Source: a virus
IMG/VR virus record: IMGVR_UViG_3300045988_012220
Span: 38,228-102,227 of that record
Length of the DNA stretch: 64,000 nucleotides
Strand: one strand, 5' to 3'
Shown here piece by piece: positions 1 to 11,984 of the stretch (the stretch's first letter is position 1; each line of letters starts with the position of its first letter). Both the position numbers and the translations under genes were made by a program. The notes under the pieces are model-generated. The model was not told where the DNA came from, did not search any database, and saw only the letters and a list, made by a program, of their open reading frames with translations.

Positions 1-1925
1 GATGCCTTAACGGTTATACAGCTCCAGATGGAGAGGGTATAACTGGATACAACTACTTCTATCTAAATTATAGTCCAATCATGCGACTTAAGGAAGAAGA
101 GTATACTGATAGAGAGGGTAACCTTAGAAAGAGAAGATAGCGTATACTTGAATTCCCTAGTTTTTGGGACTATGATTACTATTATTTTTGCGCTATAGAA
201 CAAGCAGAGTTAGAAGGTAAACATATGGCTGTGCTTAAGTGTAGACAGAGAGGATACTCATTTAAGGGAGGATCGATGCTAGTTAGAAACTATATGCTTA
301 TACCAGGCTCGAAGAACTTTGCTATAGCATCAGAGTAGAAATTCCTTATAGGTGATGGTTTGTTAACTAAAGCCTGGCAAATAATGGACTTCCTTGATAA
401 ACATACAGCGTGGGCTAAACAAAGACTTGTGTCTACACGTATGGAAAGAACATCAGGTTATAAGATTACCGATGAGTTCGGTAAGTAGACTGAGCAAGGA
501 TACTTATCTAGCATAACAGGTATAACACTTAAGAACGACCCAGAGCGTGTGCGTGGTACTCGTGCTAAACTTGTACTATGGGAGGAGGGAGGTAAATTCC
601 CTAGTCTTCTTGATGCATGGCGTATAGAACAACCTTCAGTAGAAACCGACGATGGTAAAGCGTTCGGATTGATGATAGTTTTTGGAACTGGAGGTACCGA
701 GGGATCGTCTTTCGAAGGATTGAAAGAATTGTTTTATAAACCTAAATCTTACAATGTTCTCAGCTTTCCTAATATATGGGATGAAGGTAGAGAGAGTACA
801 GAATGCGGATTCTTTGTTCCAGCTTATTCAAACCTAGAATCATTCGATGATGATGGTAATTAGGTATATATGGACAAGGATGGTAATAGCTACAAAGAGA
901 AAGCTATAGAGAACCTTATAGATCAGAGGAATAAAGTAAAGGACGGTGGTGCTAGCTAGCAATCTATAGACCGTTTTATATCAGAGCGCCCTATAAAGCC
1001 AGCAGAGGCTGTATTGGAGCTTGGTAAGAACATATTCCCTAGAAAGTTATTGATGGACCAGCTAACAAGAATAAGGACCAATAAGAAGCTTCAAAGCATG
1101 AAGCATATAGTTGATCTAGAATGGGATGGGAATGGTCAGGTAAAGGCTACAGAAAAGCCTAGTGGGGATATAACTAACTATCCTCTTAAGAAGGGCGATA
1201 AGCCTCATGGATCTGTAGTTATATGGGAGTACCCAGTAAAGGATCCGCCGCATGGTTTATATATAGGAGGATGTGACCCATATGACCACGATGATAGCTT
1301 CACAAACTCACTTGGTTCTACATTCATATTTAAGCGTGTGAGAGCTGGTGAAGCTTGGACAGATGTAATAGTAGCAGAATATTCTGGAAGACCAGATACA
1401 GCAGAAGAGTACTATGAGAATGTACGCAAGCTACTTACGTTCTACAATGCTAGATTATTATTTGAGAATGAAAGAAAAGGAATCTACCCTTACTTTACGA
1501 ATAAACACTGCGATTACCTCCTGGCTGATTAGCCAGATAAAATCATATCTGAAGTCTTTAAAGACAGTAAAGTACAAAGAAGAAAAGGATGTCACATGAC
1601 CAAACAGATTAGGGCATATGGCGAAGGATTGATATTAGAGTGGCTATTAGATGAATTTGAAGAAGGTCACCCTAATGTAGAAAGAGTATACAGCGAACCT
1701 CTAATAGAAGAGCTTATAGAAAACGATGGTGTACGAAACGTAGACCGTGTTATAGCTTTATGTATGGTAATGATATACAGAGAGGAGCTCTATTAGGTAA
1801 AGGTGTCGTCTGCAAAAGAACAAAACAAATAGGTTGAACTCTTCGAGATGCCGTTATTTAGCAAACAATGGTTTGAAGAAGATAGCAGCACAAGTGAAGA
1901 CGGTATGCCGATATTCACATTTTAA
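1..1925 (+). CDS. terL: terminase large subunit, 5' end outside window (TAG read as sense)
   Basis: Frame 3 is open from the window edge to TAA 1923-1925 if 8 in-frame TAGs are sense codons. It joins track ORFs 549-863, 1014-1532 and 1596-1796, which share one frame. Content looks like a large terminase: a VLWEEGG segment and an acidic nuclease-type cluster GGCDPYDHDD. It lies directly upstream of a portal-sized gene. Confidence 0.8.
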
Positions 1926-1928
1926 TAC

Positions 1929-4412
1929 ATGGAAGATAACTTATACAATTCAGCTTTCCCCAGACAAAAGCTCCCTCTTTCAAAGAAAGGAAAGAAGTGG
2001 CAAGAAGACTGCGTTAACTATATTATAGGTGAAGGTAACGTAACGTCTGGAGGAAATAGTACATCATATTACGGAGAGCTGTAGACCTATTATAACTTAT
2101 ATAACAGCATCTTCGACGAGAAGGATTTTAAATCAATTACAAACCCATTCAAGGTCGAGGATGGTTTTCCTGCTACTCCTCACGACTTTAATATCATTAG
2201 ACCTAAGGTAGATTTGCTTATAGGTGAGGAGACAAAGAGACCTCTTAATTTCAGAGTCATCAGAACTTCATAGGAGGCTACATCAGAAATGCAGGAGAAA
2301 GAGAAGTAGATGATTCTACAATACATAGAAGCAGCTATCACAGCCAGAATGAGTCCAGAAGAGGCCCAATAGTTTCAGGAGTAGCTACAGTCTGGAGAGG
2401 TTATGCCACCAGAGTAGATAGCTAAGTATATGGACAAAGACTATAAAGATATTGTAGAGAATACAGCGTATCATACGCTTACATATCTGAGAGAGAAACT
2501 TGATCTTGACAATGAGTTTATCAAAGGCTGGAAAGATGGATTGATCTCAGGTAGAGAAATTTATTATGTTGGCGTACTTAATGCAGAGCCATATGTTGAA
2601 AGAGTTAATCCTATATACTTCTCTTATGACAAGAGCCCAGACTTGGAGTTTGTTGAGGATGGCTCATGGTGCTGTAGAAAGATGCGTATGCCTATTACTG
2701 AAGTATACGATAGATACTACGATAAGCTTGAAGAGAAAGATCTTGACAAGCTTGAGGAAATGATTGGTTCTACTCCTGGTAGAAATCTTGGAGATAGAAG
2801 CCCTGTTGATATGGGTATACAATTACGCATATACGATAACCCTATATTCGAAGGAGCCGGTAAGTCCCTTGTAAACGTATGGCATTGTTGCTGGAAGTCT
2901 TTCAAGAAGATCTTCTACGTAACTACTACAGACGATGCAGGATAGCCTCAGATTAACATAGTTGATGAAACGTATCAGCCTGTTGGTAATGAGATTAGTG
3001 TAGAACCAGATTGGATTGTAGAGGTATGGGAAGGATATAGAGCTGGTAGTGACTTGTACTTTGGTATACAGCCTATTGAATACCAGCACGTAAGTATTGA
3101 TAACCCTAATAGCTAGAAGCTTCCTTATTGTGGAGCTATTTATAGTAACACAAATAGTAAGCCTAGATCATTGGTTAGTATTCTTAAGCCATTACAGTAC
3201 ATGTACATTGTATTGTGGTATAGACTTGAGTTAGCTATTGCTAGAGACAAGGGCAAGGTTGTTAATATGGATATTACATAGATTCCTAAGTCTATGAATA
3301 TTAGCCCTGCTAAGTGGATGCATTACTTGTCTAGCGTTGGCGTTAACTTCATTAACCCATACGAAGAAGGCTGGAATATCCCAGGAAGAGAAGGTGGTAA
3401 GCCTGCATAGTTCAATCAGATAACAGCTTTGGATCTTACAATGTCTAACGTCATAGCTGAGTATATACAGCTTATGGACAAGATAGAGGAACTTGCTGGT
3501 ACAATCTCTGGTATCACAGCACAGCGTGAAGGAGCTGTAAGTTCATCAGAAATGGTAGGCAATGTAGAGAGATCAGTTGTACAGAGCTCCCATATTACAG
3601 AGCCATTATTCTGGGTTCACAACCAGTGTAAGCGAAGAGTACTTAACATGCTCCTTAATACAGCTAAGGGTGCTTGGGAAGAGACTGGCAAAAAGAAGCT
3701 CCAGTACATCTTTGACAATGGAGAAAGAGCATTCTTGGACATTACTCCTAAGTTCTACTATGAGGATATGGATGTCTTTGTAAGTGATACATCTAAAGAT
3801 CTTGAGAACATATAGAAGCTTCAGCAGCTTATACAGCCAGCTATGCAGAATGGTGCTAGCTTACTTGAAGCAGCAGAGATTCTTACAAACGATAACTTTA
3901 ACATCATTAAGCAGAAGCTTAAGGATATGTAGACTAGACAGGAGCAGATGCAGCAACAGCAGCAAGAGGCAGAGGCTCAGCAGCAACAGCAGTTGCAGCA
4001 GATGCAGAATGAAGCTAAATAGCAGGAGCTTATGTTACAGGAAGCTCAGATGGATCTTCAGAGATATCAGATTGATCAAGATAATCAGACAAAGATAGCT
4101 GTAGCATAGATTAATGCTTATCGTGGAACTGAAGATATGGATCAAAACGATAATGGAGTACCCGACGTTGCAGAGCTTGGCAAACAGGCTCTTGAGCAGC
4201 AAAAGATTAATCAGGAGGCTTATAATAAGCGTTATGAAGCTAAGTAGAAGCGTGAGATAGAAGATTAGAAGATCTAGCTTGAGAAGGATAAAATGAAGCA
4301 TGAGACAGAGCTGTAGTCTCAAAAAGATAAAGCTGCGATGGAAAGGGAATAGCTTAAAGCTAGAACCGCCATCCGCAATAAAACGAATGCGGAAGCTGCT
4401 AGAGGTAAGTGA
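1929..4412 (+). CDS. portal protein (827 aa; assigned by position and size)
   Basis: ATG 1929, TGA 4410-4412. There are 19 in-frame TAGs and no in-frame TAA/TGA (checked line by line). It joins track ORFs 2430-2945 and 3429-3815. It sits immediately after terL and has a Q/E-rich coiled-coil C-terminus. Confidence 0.65.
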
Positions 4413-4414
4413 TT

Positions 4415-5437
4415 ATGAAGTTTGATAATAAGACATTTTAGCAGAAGTATGAGGCGTGGAAGAATGGCGCTGATTACTGGAAGGATATTAGAGGAATAAA
4501 CTTGGGTGGAGACGCCCAGGCTGAGGAACCTAGCCCAGAAGAGCAGTAGTAGATTGATTAGAATGTATAGTCTATACTTAATGCTTATAATGAAGGTAAA
4601 GATGTTAATATAGCTGAAGATATTATTAAACCATTACCTTTTGATACTCCATTAAATGAAGAACATCCAATACTGCACAAATACAAAGGAGGTAAAAATG
4701 ATTCTATTAATACTTTTGTTAACAGAATGGGCCCTCTTGTAGGACAATAGTTAAATAGATACGGATATGGCGATACTGCGTTTTACAATGTAATGCGTTA
4801 GCTTGCATATGAATCAAACTACGGAAGGTCAAGAGTCGCTAGACAATAGCATAATTATGGAGGAGTAGGATGGAACGGCAAGACTTACACTACATATAAG
4901 AGTGACGCAGATTTTGTTAAGGACTATGTGAGGCTTATGCATAATAGATACGGAGCTGCGCTTAGAGCCAAATCTACATAGGATTATGCAAGAGCCCTCA
5001 AGCAGAAGGGATATTATACAGATTCTCTAGAGAATTATTCTAGAAACCTTCGAGGAATGGATAGTTTAGTAAAGGCGGCTCATTACCACAGGAATGCACA
5101 TAAAGATGCTTACAATTATAATGTTAAGCTTGATGATCTTGTATAGGATTATGAAGACGCAAAGAATACTAGCCCTATAATTATTAATTCCCCTTCTACA
5201 AAGTAGCCTAGTACTGTCAGAGTAGATGTTCCAGCAACTTTACTTGGTCCTACTTAGGAAGAGATTAAGGCTTAGCAATAGCGCGATCTTGATAAGTATA
5301 AACAGTAGATGTATAATAATATAACATAGCCTTCACTTCCGAACATACTTGATCTACTTCCTTAGAATAACTTTGGTAAAGATTCTTATGGCTAGAAGTT
5401 CTGGTAGAGAAGAGGAAATAATCTTAAACTAATGTAA
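4415..5437 (+). CDS. virion-associated peptidoglycan hydrolase, glucosaminidase-like domain (340 aa)
   Basis: ATG 4415, TAA 5435-5437, 19 in-frame TAGs. The segment AYESNYGRS...NYGGVGWNGKTYTTYKSDADFVKDYVRLMHNRYGAAL...DYARALKQKGYYTDSLENYSRNL resembles the FlgJ/mannosyl-glycoprotein endo-beta-N-acetylglucosaminidase signature (GYATDP.Y type). This rests on recollection of the family. Confidence 0.55.
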
Positions 5438-5439
5438 TT

Positions 5440-7332
5440 ATGACACAGATGGAAAGTCCTAAGCGAAAGATGCAGAAGAAGAATGACTATCAGCGTCATA
5501 AGCTCTTTCGTAAGATTAAACGTAGAAGAAAAGCATAGGCTGAAGCAGAATAGCAGGTAGCTGAGAAATAGCTTAGAAAGAAACTTAAACTTCCTAAGTT
5601 TGGTGATGGTAAAGAAATAAAATCAGATGCAGGTGCTCCTTTAGAAGTTAAAGACGGAATGCTTTACTACAAGGAGACAGGGGAGCCATTTTATAATGCT
5701 GGGTTACAGTTACCTGAAGTAGAAGTTGTCGGAGATAAATCAAAAGTTAATCCATGGGCTGCTGCTGGTAGGCACAATACGTCTTCATATTGGGATCCTA
5801 ATGGTGTTGTTCATGGTTTTGATAAATCAGTAGAAGCTGCAATAAAATATCCAGCAATGATTGCAGAACAAAACGGATACGATACATCTGGATATTACGA
5901 CAAGGTCAACAAGATCGGGAAAGCCATGACAGTTTTATCGCCGACTAGATGGATTGGAACTTTGCGCGGAACAGGAATGCCATGGGAAGAGAGCAATTAG
6001 GGACTTTATGGCGGTTATGGAGAAACTGGAAGAGCCGCAGATTAGTTGTTTGATATAATGATAGGATCTAAGATCGGTGAAAAATTTTCTGATAAAATTT
6101 AGAGCACCAAAGAATTGCTTGAATTATCAAAAGAGAATCACAATCCATTTAATAACGCTTTCACTAGATCTGTGTTATATAGTTATCTTCCTCCTGCTTC
6201 TTATTCAGCAAAAAAACTTGTTGCTCCAGCTCTTGCGTGGCCATATTATGTTTTAAAAGGTAGTGCACCAGATATTAATAAAGCGTTTTGGACTTAGAAT
6301 AATTTTGCTGGCAAAGCTCTTAAAAATGTTTTTGAAAAAGCATATAATGTAGATGGAGATGTTGCTTTATAGGCAAGAGCTAACGCATATAGGAGGTATT
6401 TGAAATTGCCGCAATCTGGAGACTATCGATTTACATAGTCTGCAGCTGATGGAACAAAATTAACCAATATAGATGCTTTAAAACAATTAAAAGGAAAAGG
6501 CTATGGTGGTGGAGCTAGAGATATAGAAGTAGTTAACGCTGGAACACCATTCGTTGATAAAGACTTTATTACTAGTGCCGGTGGAAACGTATCTGTTTCA
6601 ACTAAATTGTTAAATAAAAAGCCAATAGAAGGCATTATAAAAGTAAACGATACTTGGGATTTAATGCCTGGATAGAGAATAAATAAAAAGATATCTAATT
6701 TCTTTAATGAGTACAGAACTAAGTCTATAAATAAATTTGGCACGAGATTAAAATCCAAATCAAAAGACTTTATCGGATATAGAAATTAGGACTTATTTGA
6801 TAGAATGGATTACCCAGACTGGATGACAATAAGTCAGAAAATAAAGCTATCAGACATCATAGATAAAGGTGGCGCTACTAGAACGGCTACAAATAATAGT
6901 GGGCTAAGAGGAATGCTTGGTAGATCTGGAATAAAACTTGGAGATTATTTGTAGAATTTCAATTATAAAAATACAAATCTTTATAATTATTTGAATAATT
7001 TGGAGGTTGGTAAATATATTGGCGCAGAACCATTTGATATACAATACGATCTTCCGTTCCATATTTAGGATCATAAAATAAACATTGGTCTTGGTAGAAC
7101 TCCAACTCCACTAGAAAATAAGATATATCCACAGCTTTTGCAATTTCATAATTCCGGTAAAGATATACATATAAAGAAATCTAAGCGTGGCACATTTACC
7201 AAAGCGGCTAAACAACATGGTATGAGTGTATAGAGCTTTGCTAATAAGGTTCTAAAGAATCCAAGTAAGTATAGTTCAGCTATGAGAAAGAAAGCCAACT
7301 TTGCACATAATGCAGCTAGTTGGAAGCATTAA
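5440..7332 (+). CDS. structural-module protein of unknown function (630 aa)
   Basis: ATG 5440, TAA 7330-7332. All 631 codons were written out: 14 TAGs, no TAA/TGA. It joins track ORFs 5659-6000 and 6115-6297. It has a basic C-terminal tail GTFTKAAKQHGMSVQSFANKVLKNPSKYSSAMRKKANFAHNAASWKH. Confidence 0.8.
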
Positions 7333-7338
7333 ACATTA

Positions 7339-7357
7339 CACGGGTTCGACTCCCGTG
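7339..7357 (+). other. tRNA T-arm-like hairpin (cacggg ttcgact cccgtg), not a complete tRNA
   Basis: A 6-bp stem with a 7-nt TTCGACT loop lies 7 nt after the stop of the 5440-7332 gene. Its 17-nt core (7340-7356) matches the T arm of tRNA-like element 1 (58959-58975, - strand) at 16/17 positions. No partner for a 5' acceptor strand was found within 200 nt upstream. Confidence 0.5.
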
Positions 7358-7402
7358 TAGCGTACAACAATTAAAAATATTAACTTAGTTATAATTTAAA
7401 TT

Positions 7403-8599
7403 ATGGCAAGAAAGAAGAAAAATCCATTAGGTGATTTTGAGGACGCTTTGAGCTCTCTCGGGTTCGGTGGCCAGGAAGGTGGCGACAGCGTTACAGACAT
7501 CGATAACCAGGATGTGGTTAATCAGGTGTTAGATGACCCTAATGATGATGTTGAAAATTTAGACAATCCAGATGACGATAAGTCTTCTGAGGATAATAAA
7601 GATAATAAGAATGTAACTGACGATCCTAATGCTCATGATGATGAGACACAGATCCCAGATAATATTTTAAACAATAATACGTCCGACACAACTACAGTTG
7701 ACAACGAATAGGATGACGACGATGATGATAATGATCAGCAGACTGACACTGATGTCGTAGATCCTGGAGAGGCAGAACAGATTGGTGCCTTCTTTGACGC
7801 ATTCGCTGAAGCTAACGGTTGGAGTGTTGATGCAGACGAGAAACCTAAGTCAGTTGAGGATCTCGTAGAGTACATCAAGGATGTCGTAGATGAGAATTCA
7901 ACACCACAGTACGCCGATGATCGTATTGCTAAACTTGATCAGTACGTAAAGAATGGTGGTAAGTTTGAAGACTTCTATCAGATACAGCAGAAATCTATGT
8001 CTTATGACAGTATAGATTTGGAGGACGAATCTAATCAGAAAGCAGCTGTTCGTGAGTTCTACAGATTATAGGGTATGGACGACGAGCAGATTAGTCGCAA
8101 GATTGAGCGCTATGAAGATGCTGACATGCTGGAAGATGAAGCAGCTGATGCTGTTAATTATCTTAAGGCGTACGAGCAGCAACAGCAAGAGTATATGGCT
8201 CAGCAACAGGAAGCTCATAGACAATAGCAGGAGCAGCAAGCTGCACAGTTCATGGACGACCTTACCTCTAGTATCAATAGTCTTACTAATATTAGAGGTA
8301 TTAATATCCCAAAGGAGGATAGAAAAGCGTTGTTCGATTATATTACAAGAACTGATGCAGACGGTTTAACAGAGTATCAAAAGGCTTTTAATAATAATCT
8401 TGTTAACAATTTGATAGAATCAGCCTACTTCACAATGAAGGGTGATGCTCTACTGGGCGAGGCACAGCGCAATGGTCAGACATCTGCTGCGAGTAAACTT
8501 AGACAAATGCTCAAACATCAAACAAAAAATCATACATCATACAATGTTGGGCATGAAAAACAACCTCAGGCATGGGATATCGCGTCAAAATACCTATGA
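7403..8599 (+). CDS. acidic scaffold-like protein (398 aa; assigned by position upstream of the capsid gene)
   Basis: ATG 7403, TGA 8597-8599, 3 in-frame TAGs. It joins track ORFs 7403-7711 and 8252-8599. The N-terminus is D/N/E-rich and low-complexity, with a Q-rich coiled-coil centre. It lies directly before the MCP. Confidence 0.55.
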
Positions 8600-8617
8600 T
8601 GAGACAATTAACATATT

Positions 8618-9637
8618 ATGAATAATTCAAGTTCTTTATTAAATAATCTTCAGCTCTACCGTGGTAAGCGTTTTGCTGACTTGGTAGACGAAAACATGAT
8701 TGCTAATGCAATGCTTACAAAGCCTCATGAAGTAGCAGGCTTGTTGTCATTGGTTTTTGGTACAAAGGATGATGGTATTTCAACTACCATCGACTTGTTA
8801 ACTGGTGGTCTTGGTTCAACCATGACTATCGAAAACAGAGAGTATGAGTGGTCTGTAATGATTGATGCTGACCACGCTGTTAATATCCGCTACGCTAAGT
8901 GGAATGGTAAGGAGATTACTCCTAAGTCAATTACAGATGGTTTGACTCCAGGTATTAACAATACTCCTATTTATCTTGGTCTTGAGGAGAAGTTCTTCGG
9001 ACCTGGAGCAATCCTTGCATTTGATAACATCAACTTCCAGGTACGTGTAAACGGTACTCCATACCAGGATGGTAGCACATGGGTATATGAGACATATGTA
9101 GCAGAAGGCTTCCAGGGTTCTTATATCCCTTGTGAGTATTTGCTTCCAGGTCGTCAGGTAGACCGTATCGGTTCTGCATACGAGGAGTACAGTGATGAGG
9201 CAGATATCATCAACTATCAGACTCCATTTAAGATGCGTAATAGCTTGATGACTATGCGTCTTACTTACGATATCACAGGTGATGCTTACTCTACAGTATT
9301 GGCTATCGCTTTGACTGATCCTGAGACAGGTAAGAAGTCTTATTTGTGGTCTGACTATCAGTATTGGAAGGCTCTTCGTGAGTGGAAGAAGAGAGAGGAG
9401 AAGCAGTTGCTGTTCGCTCACTCTAACCGTAATGCAGATGGTACTTACAATTTGAAGGGTACTAATGGTCGGTTCGTTCCAATCTCTGCAGGTTTGTTCG
9501 AGCAGATTGCTCCAGCTAATGTACGTTACTACACCAAGCTGACTACAGAGTTGTTCGAGGATTACTTGTTCGACCTCTGCTATAACATTATCGGTACTAA
9601 CGAGCGTAAGTTCGTTGCTTTGACTGGTGAGATGGGT
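8618..9637 (+). CDS. major capsid protein, exon 1 (340 codons)
   Basis: This is an uninterrupted ORF with no TAG. It sits after the scaffold-like gene in the head module. The reading frame hits TAA at 9638-9640, exactly where a group I intron-like sequence begins (gggt|taa). Confidence 0.75.
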
Positions 9638-9908
9638 TAACTTTATAGCTCCCTGTAGCAGTAATGTTACTTGAAAATCTATTTAATTTCTGGGAAGCCC
9701 AAACGTTTAAGTCGTGGGTAATCAGAAGCGAAGTCTCGAAAGAGAAACGTTCAACGACTATCCGAAAGGAGTAGGGTTCAAGCGAACCCGAAATGATAGA
9801 CATCCTAATTGGGATGAAGATATAGTCTGATCTCATATGAAAGTATGAGGGCTTTTAATGATCGCAATAAAGCCAATCTGTAGTAGCGATACAGGTTAAA
9901 CATAAATG
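9638..9908 (+). ncRNA. group I self-splicing intron (271 nt, no ORF) in the capsid gene
   Basis: It contains gttcaacgactatc and gaagatatagtctgatctcat followed by a ctcat...atgag hairpin, and ends in aacataaatg. As I remember it, agatatagtctg plus a terminal acataatg matches the 3' core of the phage T4 td group I intron. The 5' junction gggt|taa also resembles td. The flanking ORFs join in frame (…TGEMG|IREFDRILKE…). Confidence 0.7.
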
Positions 9909-10421
9909 ATTAGAGAGTTCGATCGTATTTTGAAGGAGAAGGCAGCTAGCTTTAACATGATTGATACACACTTCATTACAGGTTCTGGTCAGGACTTGAA
10001 GTTGGGTGGTCAGTTCACAACTTACACTATGACCAATGGTATTGAGTTGACAGTTAAGCGTTGCGCTATGTTTGATAACATGGAGATGTTCCGTCAGCTT
10101 CATCCATTGACAGGTAAGCCATTGATGTCTTACACATTCTTGTTCGTTGACCTCGGTCGTCGTGACGGTCAGGCTAACATCGTTAAGGTATGTCGTAAGG
10201 GTCGTGAGTTCGTACAGTGGTGCACTGGTGGTTCTGTATTGCCAAATGGTTATGCAAACAACATCAACACTATGCGTTCTAACAGCCGTGATGGTTACCA
10301 GGTACACTTCCTTGGTGAAGAGGGCATCATGTTGAGAAACCCATTGTCATGCGGTATCTTGTACTGTGATGCTGAAGACCAGGAGTCTATTGCAGTTGAG
10401 AACAGAGCAGCAGAGCTCTAA
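9909..10421 (+). CDS. major capsid protein, exon 2 (170 codons plus TAA)
   Basis: Track ORF 9906-10421. Its apparent ATG (9906-9908) is preceded by in-frame TAA 9903-9905, and its G is the proposed terminal G of the intron. The exon has no TAG. Spliced product is 510 aa. Confidence 0.7.
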   Translation: MREFDRILKEKAASFNMIDTHFITGSGQDLKLGGQFTTYTMTNGIELTVKRCAMFDNMEMFRQLHPLTGKPLMSYTFLFVDLGRRDGQANIVKVCRKGREFVQWCTGGSVLPNGYANNINTMRSNSRDGYQVHFLGEEGIMLRNPLSCGILYCDAEDQESIAVENRAAEL

Positions 10422-10448
10422 TTAATTAAATAATATACAATGTTCAAC

Positions 10449-10468
10449 CCCACCCAATTTAGGGTGGG
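10449..10468 (+). terminator. hairpin after the capsid gene (cccaccc aattta gggtggg); weak terminator candidate
   Basis: A 7-bp GC-rich stem lies 28 nt after the MCP stop. No U-run follows it, so the function is uncertain. Confidence 0.3.
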
Positions 10469-10500
10469 AGCTTGGCATTGCAACAACTAATTGAAAAATT

Positions 10501-11253
10501 ATGGTAGTTGAATTAAAAATCAGAAAGAAAAATCCCTGGGCTGGATTGTTAAAGTACAAGCATTGCTTCGATTATATTGCACCTTACTTTACCAGATCTG
10601 GGTCGATATACACAGGTTTAACACCTGAGGACGAAAAGAAATTTGAAAAGGAGCTTGGCTATCCAGAAGGTCATCTCGCTAAAAACTCCCCATTCTGGAA
10701 TACATTCTGTGTTAAGGTTGGCTCTAAGAGCACAATCCTCGATGACTCATTCCCACGTTAGGCTATGATTATTAAGTTCCTTGAGGGACATAAGAGAGTA
10801 GCTACATCACTTGACAAGCTTAATGCCGGAAAGGATTACCTGCTTATTAATAGACAGGCTGAGGCTATTGAGAAGAATAAGATTAATAAGCTTCGTAGAG
10901 ACGCTATTATTGCTTTTGGTAAGCTTTCTCTTGAAGAGATGCGTAAGTGTCTTAGATTGTTCGGCGTTAGCGCTGATACAATGTCTAATGAGCTTGTAGA
11001 GTCTACATTGTTCTCATTGGTTGATAAGCAGCCACAGAACTTCTTTACTAAGTGGGTTAACAACAAGACAAAGGAAACAGAGTTCTTGATCGAGAGTGCT
11101 ATTGCTAAGGGTATTATCCGCAAGGATAGAACACAGTACTATTATGGTTCTGAGATGCTTGCAGACTCACTTGAGGATTGTATTGCATACTTAGACGCAA
11201 AGAAGAATCAAGACTTAAAGATCTCAATCATTAATCAGGTTGAGAATAAATAA
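10501..11253 (+). CDS. head-module protein, unknown function (250 aa)
   Basis: Track ORFs 10501-10761 and 10765-11253 are in the same frame, separated by a single TAG (10759-10761). The gene ends in TAA. Confidence 0.8.
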
Positions 11254-11267
11254 TAAACTAACGACGT

Positions 11268-11984
11268 ATGACGCACAGTGATATTTATACTAAGTTTATG
11301 ATTGAATATGACAAGGCAAATATAACTTCGTCATATCCGTCGCTAACTGAATATGAAATTGCAACAATATTAGATAAAGCATACTTAGCTTTAATAGCTC
11401 AAAAATTAACAGGGAACAACCCAAGAAGATCTGCTTTTGAATCTGATGTTAAAGCAATTGAAGATTTAAGACCACTAATAAAACAAGCTTTATTGCATGG
11501 AGAACATAGCAATGTTGTTACAAATGAATATATTTATTCATTAAACATACAAGATTATCTGTATTACGTTTCTAGTACAATATCATTAAATGCTAATAAT
11601 AGTTCTATAGATGATCAGAAACATATAATTCAGTCAGTAGATCTCATATCTCACGACAATGCAAATAAGTTCAAGTCTACATCAACTAATTTACCTTGGG
11701 TTAAGAATCCTGTATGCTATATAAATGATAAGCTTATACACGTTTTAATTGACCCGTATGACGTTAAAAATAACAAAGGTGATATGGTGTTAGGCTTAAC
11801 ATATATAAAGTCTCCTGCTAAATTTGTAAAAGGGACAAGTTTGGTTGATTTTGGAGATACTGAATTAGAGATAAACGACACCGTGGCTGAAGAGCTTGTT
11901 AATTTAGCAATTATAATGTCTACTGAGATTGTCGAATCCAGTAGATTATCTACTAAAACAAATACTAGACCACTAGAATCATGA
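11268..11984 (+). CDS. head-module protein, unknown function (238 aa)
   Basis: An uninterrupted ORF with no TAG. Its TGA stop overlaps the next start (ATGA at 11981-11984). Confidence 0.8.
   Translation: MTHSDIYTKFMIEYDKANITSSYPSLTEYEIATILDKAYLALIAQKLTGNNPRRSAFESDVKAIEDLRPLIKQALLHGEHSNVVTNEYIYSLNIQDYLYYVSSTISLNANNSSIDDQKHIIQSVDLISHDNANKFKSTSTNLPWVKNPVCYINDKLIHVLIDPYDVKNNKGDMVLGLTYIKSPAKFVKGTSLVDFGDTELEINDTVAEELVNLAIIMSTEIVESSRLSTKTNTRPLES

Noticed and set aside
7291-7364. A complete + strand tRNA ending at the T-arm hairpin 7339-7357.
   Set aside because: The 3' strand gtagcgt has no complementary 5' acceptor strand, even allowing G-U pairs, within 200 nt upstream. The upstream sequence is the in-frame end of the 5440-7332 gene.
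8927-9421. Long antisense ORFs inside + strand genes, for example 8927-9421, 9855-10307, 14903-15397, 24358-24837, 38090-38656 and 51778-52446, all on the - strand.
   Set aside because: Each lies wholly within a well-supported + strand gene. Their composition is odd and Cys/Ile/Leu/Ser-heavy, typical of shadow frames in AT-rich DNA. There are no coupling signals or neighbours on that strand.
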